A stretch of 64,000 nt of DNA. Source: an uncultured Candidatus Saccharibacteria bacterium (GTDB lineage: Bacteria > Patescibacteriota > Minisyncoccia > Phycocordibacterales > Phycocordibacteraceae). Within the stretch, counting starts at the first letter, position 1, and every line of letters starts with the position of its first letter. A program made the translations under genes and the position numbers. Under the pieces are notes generated by a model that saw only the letters and a program-made list of their open reading frames with translations, was not told where the DNA came from and did not search any database. Of this stretch, positions 46,236 through 55,742 are shown in pieces. The stretch covers positions 18,516 to 82,515 of the forward strand of contig CAYUQB010000002.1 in NCBI GenBank assembly GCA_964446735.1, read 5' to 3'.

Positions 46236-47423
46236 ATGACAACCACATTACAAAGAAACATGACACAAAACGCAACAGAAGAAAATTTCTTCACAGCGAT
46301 AGGAAACACTAAGCCCTTCTTCAAGGCAGCTTTTGAAGGAGAGCCAGGCACCGGCAAGAGCTGGAGTGCTGCATTGGTCGCTATCGGACTTCATAAGAAA
46401 ATCGGAAGTAAAAAGCCGGTTGTTCTTATCGATACCGAGAAAGCTGCGAAGTTTTTGGTCCCACTCTTTCAAGAGCATGGGATTGAAGCGATGGTGAGAG
46501 AAACGCATTCTCTCGCTGACTTGGTAACAGCTATGAGGCTCTGTACAGAAGGATATTCAGACATCATGGTGATCGATAGCATCACTCATATCTGGATGGA
46601 TTTCCAAGAGGCTTATAAGCGAAAGCTGAATAGGCAAAATTTCCAAATCCAAGACTGGATGGCAATCAAGTCTGATTGGAACAGAAATTTCTCTATCCCA
46701 TTGGTTCAGTCGCCTCTACACATTATCGCCACAGGGCGTGTGTCAGATCGAATGGAGCAAGAAATAGATGAAGATGGTCGAAAAGAGTTCACTAAGACTG
46801 GAGTAAAGATGCAGGCAGAAAAAAATGCTGCATACGAATTCGATGTCTTGGTTCTTATGGAACGCCATGAACTCATTGAGCGTAAAAAGCGTGAAGTTTG
46901 GAGACAGGCAACTGTTCTTAAGGGTCGAGGCAATCTACTTGATGGAAAGGTGTTTAAAAACCCTACATATGAGGACTTTGCACCGGCAATTGAAGCAGTT
47001 ATTAAGGATCCTGCATCTGCACGATTGAATCCAACTGAGCGTGATGCAGGTGAATTGATCCGCACAGAAGAAGATAAGCGTAAATGGGTGCTTGAAAGAA
47101 AGCGATGGCTTGAGGAGATAGAGGGATATCTTGTCTCAATTTGGCCAAGTACTGGCGCACAGGAAAAGAAAAACAAGACTGATGCGCTTGAGTATGCCTT
47201 CCAGACCCGAAGCTGGTCTGCAATTGAAGCAATGCGACCTGACGTCCTCGAGGACGGCTACGCACGAATTCAGGAGTTTGTTCAAAAGAAGATCGCTGAA
47301 ACTAAAGGCGAACTTCCTCCGGAACTGACACCTGAGCAGAAGTTCGAGAAGGATCTTAGAGATTCAAAGACAGATGAAAAGCCAAAGCGTTCTAACACTA
47401 AGGCTGTCAAAAGTGGCAAGTAA
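46236..47423 (+). CDS. Phage AAA ATPase (Sak4/AAA_24-like recombination protein)
   Basis: Walker A GEPGTGKS, IDTE, Walker B VIDSITH, YEFD. Confidence 0.8.
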   Translation: MTTTLQRNMTQNATEENFFTAIGNTKPFFKAAFEGEPGTGKSWSAALVAIGLHKKIGSKKPVVLIDTEKAAKFLVPLFQEHGIEAMVRETHSLADLVTAMRLCTEGYSDIMVIDSITHIWMDFQEAYKRKLNRQNFQIQDWMAIKSDWNRNFSIPLVQSPLHIIATGRVSDRMEQEIDEDGRKEFTKTGVKMQAEKNAAYEFDVLVLMERHELIERKKREVWRQATVLKGRGNLLDGKVFKNPTYEDFAPAIEAVIKDPASARLNPTERDAGELIRTEEDKRKWVLERKRWLEEIEGYLVSIWPSTGAQEKKNKTDALEYAFQTRSWSAIEAMRPDVLEDGYARIQEFVQKKIAETKGELPPELTPEQKFEKDLRDSKTDEKPKRSNTKAVKSGK

Positions 47424-47500
47424 GTAGGTTAGCCACTGACTCAGTCCTCATCGCAGTGGCGTGAGGATTGAGATCAGGGGCCAACCACCCCAACAACCCT

Positions 47501-48025
47501 ATGGATCAACCAAAAACCGACTTCATACCAAATAGCACTCAAATTCCAAATCTGGTCCTCGATTTTATCGTTCCTCGAATTTCAGAAGCGGAATCAAGAT
47601 GTCTTTTGTACATATGTCGTCGGACTTTTGGTTTTCATAAAGAATCTGATCGCATTAGTTTCTCTCAATTTATCGAAGGGATAAAAGATCGTAGGGGTAA
47701 TGTGCTTGATTATGGGACTGGCCTTTCAAGGCAATCAGTCGCTGCTGGCTTAAAGAATCTTGCGGCGGCCGGACTGGTCTTGGTGAGCAAAAGTAAGGGT
47801 GGAAATCTCTACAAAATAAACCTGCATATGGATGTGGATAAGGTAGTCAACTTAGTAGACCAGTCAAGAAGGTTGACCAAAAGTGGTCTAAAAAATAGAC
47901 CGAAATCGGTCTACCAAGTAGACACACAAAATCTAGGAAAAAAAGAGAAATCTAGTATTAGGGATCCTGTGAATAACTTATCCACAGAACTCAGCGAACT
48001 CACTAAAAAAATGACCATCAAATAG
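47501..48025 (+). CDS. Phage replication initiator (lambda O-like N-terminal wHTH)
   Basis: TQIPN, LLYICRRTFGFHKESDRISFSQF, TGLSRQSV; internal iterons. Confidence 0.8.
   Translation: MDQPKTDFIPNSTQIPNLVLDFIVPRISEAESRCLLYICRRTFGFHKESDRISFSQFIEGIKDRRGNVLDYGTGLSRQSVAAGLKNLAAAGLVLVSKSKGGNLYKINLHMDVDKVVNLVDQSRRLTKSGLKNRPKSVYQVDTQNLGKKEKSSIRDPVNNLSTELSELTKKMTIK
47833..47986. promoter_or_regulatory. Putative phage replication origin (4 iterons, A-rich tract, DnaA boxes)
   Basis: GTCWA-N5-TWGAC at 47846, 47863, 47886, 47909; TGTGGATAA 47833, TGTGAATAA 47968, TTATCCACA 47978. Confidence 0.75.
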
Positions 48026-48028
48026 CTC

Positions 48029-48457
48029 ATGAGAAACATCAATAATCCTCGACACAAATTAACAGCATCACAGGTTCAAGAGGCACAACGCCTCTATGAG
48101 GATTATGGATGGAGGGTGAATTGGATCTCGGTTTACTTCCATATTCACCGAAGCTCAGTGATCTTTCATGCGAGATTCAACGGCTGGGTAAGGAGGATCA
48201 AAACAGCCAAGAGGATACCTGACGAAATTGCTGAGATTTATCGGGATAGGAAGAAATCAAAGTACGAGCAAAAAATGAAGGGGTCATACGAGTACATTAA
48301 GCAGTCAGCAGAACAACAAAGAGTAAAAAGTTGCGGACATATTCGATGGGTTAAGCGGTGTAGTTTGTGCGGTGAGATTCTGAGTTCTGATGCGATTTGC
48401 GAGAGGCATGAAGCGTTTGCACATAGTAATGCAACAGCTGGGTCCCGAAAGGATTAA
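48029..48457 (+). CDS. HTH protein with C-terminal Cys/His (Zn-binding) cluster; candidate regulator
   Basis: KLTASQVQEAQRLYE..WISVYFHIHRSSVIFH HTH-like; CGH...CSLC. Confidence 0.6.
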   Translation: MRNINNPRHKLTASQVQEAQRLYEDYGWRVNWISVYFHIHRSSVIFHARFNGWVRRIKTAKRIPDEIAEIYRDRKKSKYEQKMKGSYEYIKQSAEQQRVKSCGHIRWVKRCSLCGEILSSDAICERHEAFAHSNATAGSRKD

Positions 48458-48475
48458 TAACATTTCAATAAAGCC

Positions 48476-48877
48476 ATGAATAAACAAAAAACAAAAATAG
48501 AAAAAGTAGAGAATCCATTGAATCTATCAGCTCGTTTTCTAGCTGCTCGACCTGATCTAGTTGGGGCGTGGATTATTGGGGCGCACGGCTTGCTTCCAAT
48601 CTTCAAGTCAAAAAGCCGAGAAGCAATCATTGCTTATCTCGATACGGTCCAAAGGGAATTCTTTACCGCTTTGAGGCATCACTGGGAAAAGGGAAATCCG
48701 GATCAGAAGCTTACTTACACTTTCGGCACTATTTGCCGGAATCGAAAGGGTGAGGAAAGGCTAGTGATTGGTGTGCTTGCTCAAAAGAATAATAAGCCGA
48801 CCTACGAGTATATGGCCGATGATGGCAAGGTTGGGGCTTGTAATGAATCAAGTATGGTTGGCTGGATGGAAAAATAA
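48476..48877 (+). CDS. Hypothetical phage protein
   Basis: 133-aa ORF tightly packed in operon. Confidence 0.6.
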   Translation: MNKQKTKIEKVENPLNLSARFLAARPDLVGAWIIGAHGLLPIFKSKSREAIIAYLDTVQREFFTALRHHWEKGNPDQKLTYTFGTICRNRKGEERLVIGVLAQKNNKPTYEYMADDGKVGACNESSMVGWMEK

Positions 48878-48880
48878 TTT

Positions 48881-50110
48881 ATGAAGATAGAGCTTATAAA
48901 AATTACTGAACTTAAAGCGGCTGATTATAACCCTCGAGTAATGCCCGAGGAGGAATTGGGGAAGCTGAAAAGGTCTATAACCGAGTTTGGTTTTATTGAG
49001 CCGGTTGTAGTTAATAGCAATCCGCAGAGATTGAATGTCATCATTGGTGGGCATCAGCGTGTAGAGGCTGCCCGACAACTTGGGATGACGGAGGTGCCAG
49101 TAGTTTTTCTTTCTCTAGATGTTGCAAAAGAGAAGATCCTTAACATTGCGCTCAATCGTATTCATGGGTCTTGGGATGAAGTTAAATTGGCAACTCTTTT
49201 TACTGAACTTGGTCTTGATGGATCAGTAGATATTTTGCTTGCAGGTTTTGATACTGCGGAGATCGATAAGATTCTTGATAAGGTCAATTCCAAGTCTGAG
49301 TTTGATCCTGAAAAGGAAGCGGCGGCAATTAAAGATCCTGTATCAAAGGCAGGAGAAGTTTATGAGCTTGGACCGCATAGATTGATTTGTGGTGATAGTA
49401 CGGTCCTAGAAGATTTTGAAAAGCTGATGGGAGGAAAAAAGGCAAAGGTTTGTTTTACAAGCCCGCCTTACAACATGGGCAATCAGTCTCTCTATGCCGA
49501 CTACGACGATAACTTGCCGAGCAGAGAGTATATCGAATTCAATCTTTCCATAGTTCGTAATGTTCAACAGCATCTCAAAGGATTTCTGTTTTGGAATATG
49601 AGCTATAACAAGAATTCACGCTGGGAATGGATTGAAGTATTCCATCGGATCATAAAAGAAACTGACTTTAGATTTTTAGAGTGCATTGTTTGGGATAAAG
49701 GGCATGGTCTGCCGGTTCTGAGCAAAGATGCTCTGACGAGGCAATATGAAAATATTTTAGTTGCTGAAAATCAGGATGACCCGAAGGATATTGATTTTGT
49801 TTTTATTGGAGCGAATCAAAAAGCAGTCTTTCATAAGGGTCATAAAAAGAAGCTCACTAACTATTGGTATTTCAGTACACAAAATACTCAGATTGAAGGG
49901 CATGGTGCCTGTTTTCCAGTCGAGTTACCAAAACGTGCGATTGAATTGATGACTGATCGTGGAGATATCGTTTTGGATCCTTTTGGAGGGTCCGGATCAA
50001 CCCTCATTGCGGCCGAGCAATGCGGCAGAGTGGCGTATCTCGTTGAGAAAAGCCCACTCTTTTGTGATGTGATCCGTAAACGATATGAGCAATACACCAA
50101 ACAAAGCTGA
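48881..50110 (+). CDS. ParB-like N-terminal domain fused to beta-class amino DNA methyltransferase
   Basis: YNPR, FGFIEPVVVN, IIGGHQR (ParB); TSPPYN catalytic motif precedes DPFGGSGST SAM motif. Confidence 0.9.
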   Translation: MKIELIKITELKAADYNPRVMPEEELGKLKRSITEFGFIEPVVVNSNPQRLNVIIGGHQRVEAARQLGMTEVPVVFLSLDVAKEKILNIALNRIHGSWDEVKLATLFTELGLDGSVDILLAGFDTAEIDKILDKVNSKSEFDPEKEAAAIKDPVSKAGEVYELGPHRLICGDSTVLEDFEKLMGGKKAKVCFTSPPYNMGNQSLYADYDDNLPSREYIEFNLSIVRNVQQHLKGFLFWNMSYNKNSRWEWIEVFHRIIKETDFRFLECIVWDKGHGLPVLSKDALTRQYENILVAENQDDPKDIDFVFIGANQKAVFHKGHKKKLTNYWYFSTQNTQIEGHGACFPVELPKRAIELMTDRGDIVLDPFGGSGSTLIAAEQCGRVAYLVEKSPLFCDVIRKRYEQYTKQS

Positions 50111-50762
50111 AATAGAGCCAAAAATGAACGCACAGCAGTTTGAGATATTTCTCAAGTACTGGGGCATGGGTAGGGATAGAAGTCTCGTAAAACTGCATGA
50201 GCAGATACACCACGACTACACCACCGCTACACCAAAAAAGAGGGTGCCTTCGATCGACACTTTCAAGCTTTGGTCAATCAAATTTGATTGGCAAAAGCAG
50301 ATCATTGAGATGGATGATGAGGCGAATAAACAGGTGCTTCTTGATGCTATGGGTGCAGCTCGTGAAGCTCGCACAGATATTCTCAAAATCTTCAAAGCTG
50401 TGGTGATGAAGTTTGCTATGCAAATGAAGGATCACAAAGATAAAGAGATTACATCAATGGATGTTTATTCCTTTTGGAAGATGGCAAGAATTGAGATGAA
50501 TCTTCCATCTGATAGACCTGATCTCACATCGGGCAACAAGCCCTTTGGGGGAGATAAAAATGTTTCTCCTGAGGAGGACAATCGAATATTCGATTTGTTC
50601 AGTCCGAAGGATTGGCCGGTCGAACCAATAAAGCAAGAAAAAGTATTAACCAAAGAAAATGCAAAACCAGAGACCAACAAAGATGATGGAAAAGATAACG
50701 CCGGAGGGACTGATGTTCCTGAAGAACAGCAGTCGGGAAGCGCGTACGAAAGCAGCAAGTAA
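50085..50762 (+). CDS. Probable terminase small subunit
   Basis: Immediately upstream of large terminase; RSLVKL..WSIKFDW HTH-like N-terminus and DLTSGNKP motif. Confidence 0.6.
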   Translation: MSNTPNKAEIEPKMNAQQFEIFLKYWGMGRDRSLVKLHEQIHHDYTTATPKKRVPSIDTFKLWSIKFDWQKQIIEMDDEANKQVLLDAMGAAREARTDILKIFKAVVMKFAMQMKDHKDKEITSMDVYSFWKMARIEMNLPSDRPDLTSGNKPFGGDKNVSPEEDNRIFDLFSPKDWPVEPIKQEKVLTKENAKPETNKDDGKDNAGGTDVPEEQQSGSAYESSK

Positions 50763-52341
50763 GCATTTCGGATATTTTCTCACCTACTACTTGCCACATT
50801 ATGTGCGTAGTGAGTTTTCGTCATTTCATTACGACATGATGGGTGATGTTCATGATCTCTTGGATTTTAGGATAAGAGAGCTTGCGTGGTTTATGTTCGG
50901 TGAGAGTGCAAAGACAAGTTTTGCCAAAGCTCTTATCCTCTACATGATTGCCTATGATATTGAGCCGTATATAAATGCCGATGCTTTTGATAGCACCAAC
51001 TCAGAGCGTGTCCTGTTCGATGTGGTTTGGGAGCTACAAAAGAATAAAAGGTATCGTGATGATTTCGGTGAAAAATACAACACAGCTCGGAGTAGAGATG
51101 AAGTAACTCAAAAAAGAATAAAAGATTTCATCACAAATCCTATTCGTGACCTTGAAAATAATATTGTTCAAGAGGGTATTCGTGTTGAAGCACATAGTAC
51201 TCAAGAAAGTGTGCGAGGGCGTGTGCATGGAGCAATGCGTCCTGGGTTTGTTTTGCTTGATGATTTTGAAACAAAGAAAACTTTGAGGAGTGAAGTGTCT
51301 ACAAAGCAGATCAGAACTCATATACAAGAATTTAAGCGTGGTCTTGATTCAAGAAGGCGTAGAGTTCTTTATCTTGGAAATATTTTAAGCGAGTATGGAA
51401 ATGTTCAAAGCGTAATCGAACGATCAAAGACCGATCATGAGTTGAGGGTCCGTATTGTGCCTATTTGTGAAGGAACACTTATGGGTGGTTTGCATACTCC
51501 AAGTTGGCCGGAACGATGGGTGTTGACCGATAAAGATGCTGAAGCAACTGGCAAGTTGAGTATTGAGGCAAAGAAAAGATCTATGTGGACACCTGAGGAG
51601 GGTGATTTTGATTTTCAAGCGGAGATGTTGTGTCAGCCGATTGATGAGGCAAAATCGTTGTTTAAGAAAGATTGGTTTATGCCAATTACTTGGGATGCCT
51701 TGATGCAAAAGAAATTGGCGGCTTACGTTACTCTCGATACTCCAAGCAGAAAAGAAGATGGGGTAGTAAATGCAGGTGGAGATTTTGTCGGTTTTTGTGT
51801 GAATTGGGTTGACCGAGAGGGGAAATGGCATATCAAAGCGTGGCGTGAAAAATTGGGACCTACTGGAATTATTGAAAAAATGTTTGGGGTCTATGCCTTT
51901 TTGATTCAAGCTGGTACGCCGCCAATAAAGTTTGGTTGGGAAGATACAGCTTTTACTCGTGGGCTTGAGCCGATGCTCAGACATGAGCAGCGTATGCGAC
52001 AGACATTCTTGCCTCTTATGTGGTTGAAACATGAGGGTAGATCTAAAGAGGATCGTATTCGTACTGGTTTGCTCTATCGATACGAAACACGAAGCATTTA
52101 TCACCTACAAGGTGAGTGTAGTGATCTTGAGAATGAGTTGATTCGTTTTCCGGATGCAGAACATGACGATACAAGTGATGCAACTGCGTATCAGAGTGAT
52201 ATTGCTCGGCCAGCTGGTACTGAAAAGCCACGAGATCCAAGACCTGAGAGGGTGATTGAGACTGCTTACGGCAAGGTTAAACCGGCATATGAGGATGAGA
52301 TTGATGATCTTGGGCCTCAATACCCCGACATTGGAATCTAA
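50683..52341 (+). CDS. Terminase large subunit
   Basis: Walker A-like FGESAKTS, RGRVHGAMRPGFVLLDDFE Walker B, LGN, nuclease LDT...FPDAEHDDTSDA; start 50683 or 50659. Confidence 0.88.
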   Translation: MMEKITPEGLMFLKNSSREARTKAASKHFGYFLTYYLPHYVRSEFSSFHYDMMGDVHDLLDFRIRELAWFMFGESAKTSFAKALILYMIAYDIEPYINADAFDSTNSERVLFDVVWELQKNKRYRDDFGEKYNTARSRDEVTQKRIKDFITNPIRDLENNIVQEGIRVEAHSTQESVRGRVHGAMRPGFVLLDDFETKKTLRSEVSTKQIRTHIQEFKRGLDSRRRRVLYLGNILSEYGNVQSVIERSKTDHELRVRIVPICEGTLMGGLHTPSWPERWVLTDKDAEATGKLSIEAKKRSMWTPEEGDFDFQAEMLCQPIDEAKSLFKKDWFMPITWDALMQKKLAAYVTLDTPSRKEDGVVNAGGDFVGFCVNWVDREGKWHIKAWREKLGPTGIIEKMFGVYAFLIQAGTPPIKFGWEDTAFTRGLEPMLRHEQRMRQTFLPLMWLKHEGRSKEDRIRTGLLYRYETRSIYHLQGECSDLENELIRFPDAEHDDTSDATAYQSDIARPAGTEKPRDPRPERVIETAYGKVKPAYEDEIDDLGPQYPDIGI

Positions 52342-52347
52342 AAGAAA

Positions 52348-52386
52348 AGTAATGCACTCAATTTTGCATTTTTTGAAGGTGATACT
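52348..52386 (+). promoter_or_regulatory. Phage late-promoter-like motif copy 1 (before portal)
   Basis: AGTAATGCA-N8-TGCATTTT...GATACT. Confidence 0.7.
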
Positions 52387-52395
52387 GAAATCAAC

Positions 52396-54420
52396 ATGGC
52401 ATTAGCCCACTATAAGAAAAGAGAGGAATTAGCAAAACAGGCTCTCAAAGAGATCGATTATTCGTATCGCTACAAGAAAGCTCGCATGACTTCGTGGAAT
52501 AAGAACGAGGACATGATGAATCCGGACCGAATAAATCCATCAGTAGTTTCTCCGTATGGTGGTAGTACTTATCAGCAACAGCAAGGAGATACTCGAGCGC
52601 AAGTGCCTCTCTACAAGATGCACGGATTTGTTCACACCATCCTTTCAAAGATTGATAGTCCATTAACTTTTAAATATGTGAAGGGTGAATCGGCTGATTT
52701 GAAGAAATCTAAGCTGATGAACGCAATAAAAGATAAGGATTCAAAAGTCGGCAGGTGGAATTTTAAGGATCTGATGGGAAAGCGTGATGCGGCGATTTAT
52801 GGACGCACGATGTACCTTTACATGTCTAGAAATGATAAGGGTGTTTATCGAAGTATCTTGAATCTCATAGATCCGAAAGACTTTTTGATTGATCCTGATG
52901 TTGGTGGTCTATGTACTGAGGAAGAAGATGGGAGTGGAATTGAAAAAGCTCTTTATCTTGGCTGGTGGAATACAAAGATTTCTCGTGCCCAACTCCAAAA
53001 AGGTATTAAGGACGGTATTTATTACAAGAAAGTTGTTGAAGGGTTGCTCGATGGTGGTACTAACACCACTACGAAAACTCAACAGGACATTGATAAAGAT
53101 AATCGAAAGATTAGTGGCGCACCAAGAGAGCGTTTTAAGAATGAAAATCAATTTATTTTTTATACTTGGATCACTACAGACGAGAATGATGATCGCTACT
53201 ATCTAGTTCTCACTCCATCAGGTGATTGTATTCGTTGTGAGCCGTGGACTGATGTAAGAAAAAGTGGAAAATATCCTATTTGGACATGGGCGGCATTTCC
53301 TGATCCTCGTGAGTTTTGGACACCATCATATTGTGATTTTGCTCGTGGCATTTTCATGGCTCAAGAAAAGAGTATCAACCAATCACTTGATAACTCTGAG
53401 CAGATAAATCGTCCTCAAACTGCTGTGAATGTTGATTATGTGAGGAACTTAGCACAAGTTCGTTATCGCAAGGACGGCTATATTGAGATCGAAGGAAATA
53501 TTGATGTAAATAAAGTTCTACAGACTAGGCAAACACCACCAATTGAGGGTCCATTTAAGGTTTACGACAAGCTTGAGCAGATCGTTGAATCAGAAAGTGG
53601 CGTTACTGCCGATGTGAAGGGAACAAGTGATGAAGATACGCTTGGCATCTATGAGGGCAACCTGATGCAAGCCGGTGATCGCTTTGGTCTTTTGAATAAA
53701 AGTTACGCAGAAGGCTATTACCGATTTGCTGTATTGCACAAAGAGGGTGTCATGCAGGATCTCAAAAAGAAAATGGCCGTTCAGATTCTCGGTCCTATGG
53801 GTCTTGAAATTGAAATGGTCAGCTCGAGAGATTTGAAACCGTTTAGAGATGACTATGACATTCTCGTTGAATCAAGTATTGCTGAGGCTCAGAGTAATTT
53901 GGCAGATAGTAAAAATAAACTCACATTTCTTGGAGCGTATAAAGGCGATCAAACTATAAATCAGAAAGTTTTGTTTGAAACTCAGGCAACTATTGCTGGT
54001 GTTGATGATGACACTATCAAGCGATTACTCGATACGAGTGATTACGATGCTATCGAAGTTGTGGCTCAGGCAGATGAGGCATTTCAGATCATTATTGGTG
54101 GCGATAAAGCTCCTCTCTACAAAGATGCAAATACTGCTTTCCTTCAACGCATCCATGATCTCTCGGATAAATACGATCACGAACTTAGTACCGAACAACA
54201 TAACGCTGTATTTGCTTACATCGACGAGATAACGCCGATTGTTGAGAAAAATGCAGCTCGTTCGGTGATGGCACAGGCAGCAAAAGAAGGCTTGATCAGC
54301 GGAAGGGGTCGGATGGTCGATGGAGCCGATCTCGAAAATCCTGATCTTGCCGCAACTGGAGCTGTCCGTCTCGGAGATCCGGGAGCGGAAGCGGCAGAAA
54401 CCGCAGCATTATCAAAATAA
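52396..54420 (+). CDS. Portal protein (podovirus/P22-like size)
   Basis: 674 aa directly after terminase; IDPKDFLIDP, EKSINQSLDN, ESGVT patterns. Confidence 0.75.
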   Translation: MALAHYKKREELAKQALKEIDYSYRYKKARMTSWNKNEDMMNPDRINPSVVSPYGGSTYQQQQGDTRAQVPLYKMHGFVHTILSKIDSPLTFKYVKGESADLKKSKLMNAIKDKDSKVGRWNFKDLMGKRDAAIYGRTMYLYMSRNDKGVYRSILNLIDPKDFLIDPDVGGLCTEEEDGSGIEKALYLGWWNTKISRAQLQKGIKDGIYYKKVVEGLLDGGTNTTTKTQQDIDKDNRKISGAPRERFKNENQFIFYTWITTDENDDRYYLVLTPSGDCIRCEPWTDVRKSGKYPIWTWAAFPDPREFWTPSYCDFARGIFMAQEKSINQSLDNSEQINRPQTAVNVDYVRNLAQVRYRKDGYIEIEGNIDVNKVLQTRQTPPIEGPFKVYDKLEQIVESESGVTADVKGTSDEDTLGIYEGNLMQAGDRFGLLNKSYAEGYYRFAVLHKEGVMQDLKKKMAVQILGPMGLEIEMVSSRDLKPFRDDYDILVESSIAEAQSNLADSKNKLTFLGAYKGDQTINQKVLFETQATIAGVDDDTIKRLLDTSDYDAIEVVAQADEAFQIIIGGDKAPLYKDANTAFLQRIHDLSDKYDHELSTEQHNAVFAYIDEITPIVEKNAARSVMAQAAKEGLISGRGRMVDGADLENPDLAATGAVRLGDPGAEAAETAALSK

Positions 54421-54436
54421 TTAACTAAATTAACTT

Positions 54437-54772
54437 ATGTCTGAATCAAACAATGTGAAATTCGTAGAATCTGATGGTAAATGGCTCTGGAAGCTCTATG
54501 GGGTTGACGGATCTGTTATTCATCGCAGTAATCTGTTCGATACTGAGCAGGAAGCAAGGGCTGATCATGAGGCTTATGGCAATGGGGTAGGCTCATCTAC
54601 TGCCGAAGGGGCAAACACGGCTCCAGAAGCTCCCCAGCAAGCCACAGAGGGGGTCCCAACTGCTCCTCAGGATGATCTTGGGGCTGGATCTGCTGGTCCT
54701 GCTGAAGAAAATGCCGGTCTTGACAAAACTGTTGGAGAATCGGCTGATACCTTGAATAATCCTGATGCTTAA
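54437..54772 (+). CDS. Hypothetical acidic phage protein
   Basis: GKWLWKL..DGSVI N-terminus (YegP/DUF1508-like) with a low-complexity tail. Confidence 0.6.
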   Translation: MSESNNVKFVESDGKWLWKLYGVDGSVIHRSNLFDTEQEARADHEAYGNGVGSSTAEGANTAPEAPQQATEGVPTAPQDDLGAGSAGPAEENAGLDKTVGESADTLNNPDA

Positions 54773-55139
54773 ATTCTCTTACAAAATCAAAAAGCGATCG
54801 AGAGATAAGGGTGATCATAGAATCACTAAGCATGGTCAAGTTGCAGAGTTCTCTTTGCGAGAAATCAATCGCAACATTGAACAAATGCGAAAGCAGGTTA
54901 AGGAAATGGAGGCAAATGCTCGTTTGCAAGAAAGTCTTGCTGAGAATATTCGCCGATCTAATCCTGATCTGGTCTCTTATATGAAAAAGCTGTCTCCGAA
55001 AAAGCGACATGCTTTGACGATGCTTGCGATTCAAGAGAATAAGGCAAAACAGTTCAAGGATCAGGAAAAGGAATCAAAGCGGATTCTCAAAACTATTATC
55101 AGAGAGGACCAAGAAGTCCGTAACCAATTAAAGCTATGA
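54765..55139 (+). CDS. Hypothetical basic coiled-coil protein
   Basis: Overlapping-coupled ORF in head operon. Confidence 0.6.
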   Translation: MLKFSYKIKKRSRDKGDHRITKHGQVAEFSLREINRNIEQMRKQVKEMEANARLQESLAENIRRSNPDLVSYMKKLSPKKRHALTMLAIQENKAKQFKDQEKESKRILKTIIREDQEVRNQLKL

Positions 55140-55546
55140 ACGAAAGCGAACAAGAGCAATCACAGCAAGAAGCGGAGCCGGTGCTAACTGGTCCTCATAA
55201 TGCTGAACAGGAGGCGGATCAAGAAAAGCAAGAAGCTGATGAAGCTGAAGTTGAAGAATTAAATCATGCCATCGATGTAACCAATGATTTGGTGTCGTGG
55301 TCTAAAACTCCGGCAGGAAAAGACACTATTGAGCGTCTTCAAAATGAATCTCGAAAGGCAATGAATGAGTTGTTTGCCGTGCTACATGAAAGTCCTGAGC
55401 TTGGCAAACTTATATCTGTAATTGCTCGATTTGAAGCATCAGTACAAATGCTTAGGCGTTTTATTGGTGCCGATGAAGATCTTGATGTGTTACTTAATGA
55501 GTTGGCACGAAAAAGACCGAGTGCATCAGCTGAAGCATCAAAGTAA
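55136..55546 (+). CDS. Hypothetical helical phage protein
   Basis: ATGA-coupled; typical small gene between portal and scaffold. Confidence 0.6.
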   Translation: MNESEQEQSQQEAEPVLTGPHNAEQEADQEKQEADEAEVEELNHAIDVTNDLVSWSKTPAGKDTIERLQNESRKAMNELFAVLHESPELGKLISVIARFEASVQMLRRFIGADEDLDVLLNELARKRPSASAEASK

Positions 55547-55555
55547 AGAAATTGT

Positions 55556-55592
55556 AAAGAAAAATCACCGCTTAGTCGGTGGTTTTTCTTTT
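55556..55592. terminator. Bidirectional intrinsic terminator
   Basis: AAAGAAAAATCACCG-cttagt-CGGTGGTTTTTCTTT. Confidence 0.75.
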
Positions 55593-55596
55593 GATA

Positions 55597-55635
55597 AGTA
55601 ATGCAACATATTGTGCATTTTTTGTAGATCACACT
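55597..55635 (+). promoter_or_regulatory. Phage late-promoter-like motif copy 2 (before scaffold/coat)
   Basis: AGTAATGCA-N8-TGCATTTT...CACACT. Confidence 0.7.
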
Positions 55636-55742
55636 TATCAGCATAGAGGGGCCAACCTCTTTTATTAAAAAGGTTAATGCGCTAGTGCTTAGCGTTTCCA
55701 AATGAAGCACCGATGGGGCGAAACCATCGAAATATAAAACGT

